Assembly: GCA_045863395.1 (NCBI GenBank)
Contig: BTVJ01000147.1
Location: 1 to 10,581, forward strand
Length of the DNA: 10,581 bases
Direction: 5' to 3'
DNA from: Myxococcales bacterium
GTDB lineage: Bacteria; Myxococcota_A; UBA9042; JABWCM01; BTVJ01
This document shows, piece by piece, positions 1-7,600 of this stretch. The notes under the pieces are model-generated. The model was not told the origin of the DNA. It searched no databases and saw only the letters and a program-made list of their open reading frames with translations. Made by a program: the position numbers and the translations under genes. Within the stretch, counting starts at the first letter, position 1, and each line of letters opens with the position of its first letter.

Positions 1-436
1 TGGGCTCACCTCCGATCTCTTGGTCGTGCCAGTCGAACCGATTGCCTCCGGGGCTAGCGCCCCTCCGGCAGTCACCGCTCCAGCAGTCTCGGGAGCGGCC
101 CCGCTGCGCGCCACCGCGGCAGCACAAGCGCAACACGTTCGACCCCGGCGCGGGGGCCCTTTGTCCACCCTCTTCTTTGCTCCGGGAGAGACTGGGGCGC
201 CGGAAGCGGAAGGTGATTCTCCGACTTTTCCGCCAGGTGGACCGACAGGGTCCAGTTCCAGAGCGCAACAGGTTGGACCCTCTCCCACCTCCTCCTTCGA
301 TGTGACAGTTCCCCTGACCGGTCCTTGGCAGCTTGAGACCCATTGGATGCGTGCAGAAGGGTGGAGCCACATCCACCTGGGACTCAGAACCTACGCCGAG
401 TCGTCCATCGATGTAATACTCGACGCTGGCGGCTAT

Positions 437-775
437 TCATCCTCCGAGTATCTCGTTGAGCCCCTCCAGAATCTTGGACAGTTCCTCTGGCACCAATCGT
501 CCAAGACTCACTCCTATCCGATCCACGGAGAGCGTCCGCACTTGGCTTATCTTCACCCACGACTTCTTGGGCAAGTCAAGTGTCCTCACTTCGTAGGTCA
601 GCGGAAACTTCGCGCGTTGCGGCTGACTCGTGAGGGCCATAGCGATCACTGTCCCCGAGCGCTCGTTGAAGACGTCCTGGCTCAGAATCAGTACAGGCCG
701 AGTTCCACCCTGTTCATGACCACGCGTCGGGTTCAGATCCGCCCACCGGACCTCCCCCCTCAATATGCTGGCCAT
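437..775 (-). CDS. mazF: Type II toxin, PemK/MazF-family endoribonuclease (112 aa)
   Basis: RGEVRWADLNPTRGHEQGGTRPVLILS (the family G-x-EQ-x-G-x-RP motif), MALTS and SQVRTLSVDRI. Purine-rich GAGGGG upstream of the ATG. Overlaps the antitoxin stop by 16 bp. Confidence 0.95.
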   Translation of the reverse strand: MASILRGEVRWADLNPTRGHEQGGTRPVLILSQDVFNERSGTVIAMALTSQPQRAKFPLTYEVRTLDLPKKSWVKISQVRTLSVDRIGVSLGRLVPEELSKILEGLNEILGG

Positions 776-1002
776 TCGTCCCCCTCGTTCCCCATGCCTT
801 CGTCGGCCAGTGCCTTCTCGTCACCAGGGTTCAGCATCGCGCACTCCCGCGCGAGCCGTTCTACCCGCAGCCGCGCCAGCTTCTCAGCGACAGCCTCGGC
901 GATTGCACGGCTCCTGTTCGGAAAGGCGTGCGCCACAACCAGCTGGTCCAACTGCTCCAGAAGCTTCTCGTCTATCGACACCGCTATTTTGGCCACTCCC
1001 AT
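760..1002 (-). CDS. Ribbon-helix-helix (CopG/MazE-like) antitoxin, 80 aa
   Basis: N-terminal AKIAVSIDEKLLEQLDQLV...FPNRSRAIAEAV fits an RHH fold, followed by an acidic C-terminus (DEKALADEGMGNEGDEWPAY). Start placed at ATG 1002 rather than 1026 because CCAGGAGGT lies just upstream. Directly upstream of the toxin. Confidence 0.92.
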   Translation of the reverse strand: MGVAKIAVSIDEKLLEQLDQLVVAHAFPNRSRAIAEAVAEKLARLRVERLARECAMLNPGDEKALADEGMGNEGDEWPAY

Positions 1003-1021
1003 TGTAGCACCTCCTGGAACT

Positions 1022-1050
1022 ACCATAGGTCATACCAGGGCCGTGTGCAA
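1022..1050 (-). promoter_or_regulatory. Sigma70-like promoter of the TA operon
   Basis: Minus strand reads TTGCAC (1050-1045), a 17-bp spacer, then TATGGT (1027-1022), immediately before the RBS and ATG. Confidence 0.6.
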
Positions 1051-1304
1051 GATCTGTGTTGTAGCCAGGAAGAAGCCGCGCACGGACGCCGCCGCCCAGC
1101 GGGGTACAACGCTGATTCAGGTCCTCGACGCTCCGTCCCAGCTCATCTCTCATTGGGCACACAGGTCGCTTCCCCATGCCATCGGTCGCATGCAGTTGCC
1201 TCGCATCAACACTGCAGCGACGAGTGCTCTGTGCGACACCGCGGACAAAACCAGACTTCACAGTCGCGCGGAATCGCCACACCACGTTCGCGGCAGCCAG
1301 CAAC

Positions 1305-1626
1305 TGCAGCGCCATCCAGAATTGACCCCATGTTAACCACGGGAGCTGACCCCTTGATCCTCGATGGTTAAGAGAGCATGCTCCATCCGTTGGCCGGACG
1401 GAGGTCCACTGCTTTTGCCCCGGGCCAACAACCCCGCTGCGCATCTGTTCAGCATGTCACAAGGACACTCCTGAGCTTAGAGCAGGACGGGACAGAGAGG
1501 AGAACACCTCCCGCCCACCGAGCACTTCCTCCCTCGTCTTCAGCCACGCCCTAGCAATTCCGCCGCCCATTTCAGAGGGGGTCAGTTCTGCTGAGCGCAA
1601 AGGGGTCAATCTTGGTGAGCACCGCA
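1305..1626. mobile_element. Non-autonomous IS21-like mini-element or internally deleted IS (322 bp)
   Basis: Left end TGCAGCGCCATCCAGAATTGACCCC and reverse-complemented right end TGCGGTGCTCACCAAGATTGACCCC match at 18/25. Both ends carry TGACCCC at offsets 19-25 and 43-49 (24-bp period). TG...CA termini. No transposase inside and no clean target duplication. Confidence 0.7.
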
Positions 1627-1802
1627 GGCCCAGCAAGGGTCCAACGAGCGCTTCGTGCTGAAAAGATATGTTGCGGGCCCACGAGAAAGGCGGCTGCCTG
1701 CACGCCGCTGCGCAGCGACTGCAACGACTCCGAGAAACACACCGCGTTGGCCTCCGTGTCGAGGGCGCACGTTCTCGCCGAGGGCGCCTCCTGACGCCAC
1801 AA

Positions 1803-1849
1803 GTGGGGAGATGTAGTCGGCGTCGGTGGGGAGATGTAATTGTCGTTCA
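1803..1849. repeat. Perfect 13-bp direct repeat, probably an orphan IS21-like end
   Basis: GTGGGGAGATGTA at 1803-1815 and 1826-1838 (23-bp period), followed by ATTGTCGTTCA. The exact terminus is uncertain (1849-1854). Confidence 0.55.
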
Positions 1850-2204
1850 GCGCAGCCGCGTTACCTGAGGCCTCGGCGACGGGGTTGCTCCACTGGGCTG
1901 GGCCCGGTATCCTTGGCCCGGCGCCACGGATGGCGAGTAGGAGCGGCGCACGGAGGACCCTGGGTGAGGACGACACCAAGCGGGCTTGCTGTTGGCGCGG
2001 TGTTCCTCAGGGGCGCCGAGCGCGTCCCGTGGGCTCGTGCCCGCCGTCGCACATACGCTCAGGGTGCGCAACGTGCGAGGTCTTCATCAACGATGAGGTC
2101 GAGTTGCCGGGCCTGACTGGAGGGTGTACTCAAGCGGTCGCTGGAGTGGCTCCAGCGCGCGCCGCGACCGCTGCTCGAGCGTCGCTCCCCAAGGAGGTCT
2201 GCTA

Positions 2205-3687
2205 GTGCAAACCAGCATCGAGTTGACCCGACTTGAGCTGTCACGGACCACGGTGAGCGAGAAGAAGGCGCGCCTCGGGCAGTTCCTTACGCCAGCCACG
2301 ACGGCGTCTTTCATGGCAAGCCTCTTCACCAACGGTACGGGTCCCTGCCAACTCCTGGATGCTGGTGCTGGCATCGGGTCTCTCTCGGCCGCGTTCCTGG
2401 AGCGGTGGCGCACTGGCGCCCTCGGCTTCAGCTCCGTCGCCGTGGACGCCTTTGAGGTCGACCCGTCGCTTCACCCTCACCTGGTGCATACATTGGCCCG
2501 GTATGCCGGCATCGCGAACCTCAGCTCGCGCGTCCGCGCCGACGACTTCGTTCGGGTGGCGGTGGACGCCCTCACGGGAGCGCTCTTTCAGGAGCCGCTC
2601 GGACCATACACCCACGCGATCCTCAACCCGCCCTACAAGAAGATGCACAGCGGCTCCGCGCAGCGCGCCGACCTGCGCCGGGCCGGGATTGAGACGGTCA
2701 ACCTCTACTCGGCCTTCGTTGCACTCGCGGTGGCACTCTCTGCGGACAATGGCGAGGTTGTCGCGATCATACCACGGAGCTTCTGCAATGGGCCCTACTA
2801 CCGTCCCTTCCGCGACTTCATTCTCGACCGGGCGGCCCTCTCGCACATCCACCTCTTTGACGCTCGCAACAAAGCGTTCAGGGAGGACAAGGTGCTTCAG
2901 GAGAACGTGATTCTGCGACTGGTCTGTGGCGCCGCCCAGAGGTCGGTGACGGTCACCACATCCAAGGATGATCGCTTTGACGACCTCGCGGTCCGCGAGT
3001 GCTCCTACGACGAGATCGTCAAGCCTTCGGATCCAGAGCGCTTCATTCACATACCTGCCGGCGCGCCCTGCACTGCCACCACATACCCCGGAGGCCGCCC
3101 GGTTCACTCTCCGCGAACTCGGGCTACAGGTGTCAACCGGACCTGTCGTGGACTTTCGGCTTCGAGAGCATCTCCGAGGCATGCCCGAACCGGGAGCGGT
3201 CCCGCTACTCTACCCAGCGCACTTCACCGCGTCGCTCGACGCCTGGCCGCTGCCCAAGTCCAAGAAGCCGAACGCGATCATGGCCAACGCGGAGACCGAG
3301 AGGTGGCTCTATCCGATGGGCTGCTACTGCGTCGTGCGCCGCTTCTCGTCGAAGGAGGAGCGCCGCAGAGTGGTGGCCACCGTCTTTGACCCGCGCTTCT
3401 TCGGGCACTCTTCGTTGGTGGGTTTCGAGAACCACCTGAACATCTTTCACCAGGAGAAGAGCGGACTTCCGATGGAGCTTGCCGTCGGGCTGGCGACGTT
3501 CTTGAACACCACCGCCGTAGACCAGCACTTCCGGAGGTTCAGCGGGCACACCCAGGTCAACGCGACGGATCTTCGCCAGTTGAGGTATCCGAGCCGGTCC
3601 GCACTGTGCGAACTCGGGGAGTGGGCTGCGGCTGGTGAGTTCTCGCAGGACGCCATTGACGCGAGGGTTGAGGCGATTACGCCATGA
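2205..3687 (+). pseudogene. N6-adenine DNA methyltransferase, BsuBI/PstI type (Eco57I-like domain), with one extra base at ~3058-3090
   Basis: AAGGAGGT (2191-2198) precedes GTG 2205. Motifs GQFLTP, LLDAGAGIG (motif I), NPPY (motif IV), NLYSAF and IIPRSFCNGPYY lie in the first frame. The C-terminal part VSTGPVVDFR...VVRRFSSKEERRR...FENHLN...FRRFSGHTQVNATDLRQL lies in the next frame. Removing one base gives 493 aa. The shift could be a sequencing error. Confidence 0.9.
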
Positions 3688-4633
3688 GCCTGCGAGACGA
3701 CCATGTCCGGGCGGCCTCTTCCGTTCTGCTCTCCCTCGGCCTGCCACGCGCACAGCAGAATGAGCGCTCGGCACTCTATCTTCTGGCTCTCCTGAATTTG
3801 TCGCCCGGAGAGCCTTGGTCCGCGGCGGAGAGCCCTCTCCTTGGGATCACGCCCATCATGGACTGGATTCGCGCTCACTATCCGAAGGAGTACGCACCCA
3901 ACACGCGCGAGACCATTCGGCGCCAGACGATGCACCAGTTCTGCGACACGGGAATTGCGCTCTACAACCCTGACAACCCTGGTCGCGCTGTGAACAGCCC
4001 TCGCGCGGTCTATCAGATTTCCCCGCCCGCGCTCAGTCTCCTTCGGACCTTCGGATCGCAAGCATGGCACGACGCGCTGATGGCCTACCTCGCCGACCGA
4101 CACACGCTCGTCGCGCAGTACGCCAGGGCCCGGGAGCACAGCCGAGTGCCCGTGGAGATTGCGCCGGGCAGAGCCATCCAGCTCAGCCCCGGCGAGCATA
4201 GTGAGCTCATCCGCGCCATCATTTGGGACTTTGCTCAGCGCTTTGCGCCTGGAAGCCGCTGGTCTACGCGGGTGACACCGGAGACAAATGGGGCTACTTC
4301 GATGCGCCTCTGCTGGCGAGCCTTGGCGTCGTCGTCGACACCCACGGAGAGATGCCCGATGTGGTTCTCCATCACTCAGAGATGCGGTGGCTCCTGCTCG
4401 TGGAGTCCGTCACCAGCCATGGGCCTGTGGATGGGAAGCGTCACTCTGAGTTGAACAGGCTGTTTGCGGGAGCGTCGGCGGGGCTCGTGTTCGTCACCGC
4501 CTTCCCCACGAGGGCCGTGATGGCTCGCTACCTGGCTGACATCGCCTGGGAGACCGAGGTCTGGGTAGCGGACTCGCCGTCGCACCTGATCCACTTCAAC
4601 GGGGATCGTTTCCTCGGACCTCATCGCACGTAG
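3684..4633 (+). pseudogene. Type II restriction endonuclease, BsuBI/PstI family, missing one base at ~4256-4258
   Basis: ATGA overlap with the MTase stop. N-terminal LPRAQQNERSA...LGITPIMDW...YAPNTRETIRRQTMHQF. The frame then switches at FAPGS/LVYAGDTGDKWGY into MPDVVLH...LLLVESVTSHGPVDGKRH...IAWETEVW...IHFNG. Adding one base gives 316 aa. Confidence 0.92.
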
Positions 4634-4635
4634 AA

Positions 4636-7600
4636 TCAGGGCGCCGTCACCTTCAGCGAGTACACGTTGGACGCGCCGTTGAAGCCGTTGACTCGGATCC
4701 AGTGGGTGCCCGTGGACTTGACGAGGTACTTGATCGTCTCCCCGTCCTGGCCCGGGTTGTTGCTGCTCGCCACCGGCTTCGTCTGGTCGAAGGGGCCGTA
4801 GAGGCGCAGGTCCAGGTCGCCCGCCGCGTCCTGGAACTGGATGGCCACGGTCACCACCTTGCCCGCCACCAGGTCCACCTTGTACCAGTCCAGGTCGCCG
4901 GGGCAGAGCGCCAGGCCCGGGTAGGGCTGATTCGCCTGAATCTTCGGCGCCTGGGCCGGAGTCGCGTTCGGCTCCAGCGGGTCCTCCACGCAGACCGCCA
5001 GCACCTGCACCGGCAGGCTGCGCGAATTGTTGGACTCGATGCTCTCTGCCACGGCGTCGTTCGGGTCTGCCACCGCGATGAGCCAGGCCGTCCCGGGCGG
5101 TGTCCCCGCAGGGACGGACGCCTTCTCTACCAGGTCCACCGCATGCTTCCCGGCCAGTCCGCCCTCGCTCCCCGCGAGCACCTCGAGGTCGAACGGGTCC
5201 CACTGGTCGTCCGTGGACACGTAGAGCGACCAGTCCAGAGTCTGCGCCGCGGTCTTGCACTGGTTCTCCAGCCTCATCTCGACCACCGTGTCCTCCCCCT
5301 GCACGAGCTGGTCCGGGAAGGCCGCCAGGGCGCCCACCCGCAGGTCCGTGCCGTCGATCCCGTCCACGAACAGGGTGTACCCGTAGACGGTCACGTTCCC
5401 GTCCTTTGCCTTGGGGCGCACCAGCAGACTCAGGGCCCCGTTGACCGTCGGCGTGTACTTCATGGCGCCGTTGCCGCTGACCGTCGCCACCGCCTTGCCT
5501 GCCGGGTCCGTATACAGCAGCGCCTCCAGCTCGCCCTTCGGGTGGTCCAGGGTGACCGTGATCTCGTCCTCGGCCTTGACCGGGACGGCCAGCCAGTCCT
5601 TGTCCGTCTTGCACAGGGTCAGCTCGTGGAGGCCGCACCCCACCGGGGCCGCCGCGCCGGGCGCCCCGTTCGGCTCGAACACGTCGGGCTTGCAGATGTC
5701 GCCCGAGGAGGGCGAGCCGAACGAGACCCCCATGCTGTAGGTGTAAGGCGAGCCGTTGGCGGCCACGTTGAAGACGCGAATCTTGTAGACGCCCGGGTTG
5801 AACACGTAGGGCAGCAACACCGCCGCCGTGCCTTTGCCTGCCAACTGCTGGAGTATCACGGCCCCGGTCGGATCCGAGACCTCCACGCCCAGCTCGCCCT
5901 TGGCCGCCTCGAAGGCGTACTTGACGGTGATCCCGAATGCCTTGCCCTTGGGCAGATCCACCGCGTACCAGTCGTCGAGCTTCGGGCAGACCGTCAGGCC
6001 GGACAGGAAATCGGACTTGGCGGCCAAGGTGGCAGCAATCCCCGGCGCGTCATTGGGCTCAAACGCGTCGCTGGCGCAGCTCAGCTTCGCGTCCACGGTG
6101 ATTGCTCCGCTCGGGGCCGCGTTGTTGGTCTCGTCGACCTCCTTCACGTCGGACTCGGCGTCTGCGACGACCAGCACGTGCCACGCACCCGCCGTCACCG
6201 ACGGCAGCAGCACCTGCATGCCTCCATCCATCGACGTGGCCGCTCCCACGTTGGCGACCGGCACGCTCCCGAGCAGCACCCCATCCCCGACCGGCGTCCC
6301 CACCGTCGGTACGAGCACCGCGTGGACCGTGAAGGGGCCCGAGGCCTCGTCGCCCAGGTTGACGATGCGCCAGGCGACGTCCAGGGCGCCGCCCGGGTAG
6401 AGCAGCTCAGGCAGCGCCACCACGTCGTCGGCGACCAGGTCGATGCCCTTGACCGGGGGTACGACCTTGACCCCGATGGTGTAGTGAGCCTCGTTGCCGA
6501 AGGTCGCGGCGCGGACGCGGACACGCAGCGTCGTGTCCTCCGGCACCACGTAGGCGCGCACCTCGTCATGCACGCCCTTCGCGACGCTCTCGTCGATGGT
6601 CTTGCCGCTCAGGTCGTGCAGGGTCACGCCCAGCTCCCAGGGGCGGGGGTCGATCCACAACGGCTCCTCCGCGTCGACGGTCACGAAGAGCGAGTGGCCC
6701 TTCGCCACAGTGACCGCGAACCAGTCCTCGTTGCCGCAGGAGCCCAGAGGGCCGTGGAGCCCCGGCCCCAGCGGCTTGGCCTGCGACGCATTGTCGTTGG
6801 GCTCGAGCGCGTCCTCGAAGCAGCCGCCCTGGGGGCCGAGCACCGTCAGCGGCTGGGTGAAGATGCCCACGTTGTTCTGCTTGTTGGGGTCGATGGAGAC
6901 GTCGTTGTTGGCGTCCGCCACCACCCCGAGCCACCAGGTCGAGACCGTGTGGTCGAGCGCCAGGGGCACCACCACCTTGTCGTTCTGCTCGACGGCGTCC
7001 CCCGGGTCCACGTTGGCGATGGGGATGGCGGCGATGGCGACGTCCTTCTTGGCCTTGACGTCGGCGAGGGTGATCACCGGGTCCTTGGAGAGCACCACCA
7101 GGTTCGTCATGGCGCCCGAGCCCGTCGAGCCCGTGTTTCCCAGCAGATACGAGACCTTCAGGTGTTCGCCAGCCGTGACCACGAGCGGGGAGGCCGCCAC
7201 GCCGGACACGGCGATGTCCGCCGACGCCTTGTCGAAGAGCTCCACCGGGTCGGGGATGACGGCCCAGTTGTTGCCCTCGTCGAGCTCGTCGAGCGCGTTG
7301 TCCGGGTCGACGATGGCCCCGATGTAGTAGGTGCCGAGACCGATGGTGCCCGGCAGCTTGACCACCTCGCTGATGGTGACGCTTCCCCCGGCGGGGATGA
7401 TCTGCTGCTTCACGAGCGGCACCTTGCTGATCAGGGTCGCGTAGTTGGGGTTCAGGGCGACGCTCTTCGAGGCGTAGATGGCGACCGTCCACGCCTCCGA
7501 GGGCGCATTGCCGGCGTTCGCGACCTCCAGGTCCACCTTGACGCTCCCGTTCCAATAGGTGGCGTGGGGGGTGACGCTCGCCGCCAGGATGTCGAGGTCG

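Noticed and set aside
247..281. Integron attC site next to the TA module
   Set aside because: GTCCAAC is present on the minus strand, but the partner is CTGGAC rather than GTTRRRY, the stem is too short, and no L boxes or integrase are seen.
14..436. Riboswitch or ncRNA in the left non-coding region
   Set aside because: Several short GC stems (75-98, 360-377) but no recognisable family motif. An Infernal/Rfam search would be needed.
1058..1110. Inverted repeat GTTGTAGCC / GGGTACAAC upstream of the TA promoter
   Set aside because: 8/9 match over a 35-nt gap with no supporting context; compatible with chance.
20..1336. 438-aa + strand ORF
   Set aside because: Antisense to the clear TA genes, with low-complexity Ser/Pro/Ala/Arg composition and no motif; a shadow ORF.
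1297..1636. CCAGCAA on both sides of the mini-element as a target-site duplication
   Set aside because: The copies (1297-1303 and 1630-1636) are 1 and 3 bp away from the termini, so not a canonical TSD.
1803..1838. CRISPR mini-array
   Set aside because: The repeat is only 13 bp with a 10-bp spacer, there are two copies, and no cas genes are present.
2124..2204. Upstream start for the methyltransferase
   Set aside because: The strong SD at 2191-2198 supports GTG 2205.
1572..2205. Short ORFs as an R-M controller protein or IstB remnant
   Set aside because: No helix-turn-helix or Walker motifs. The resemblance of RAHVLAEGAS to an IstB C-terminus is too weak to call.
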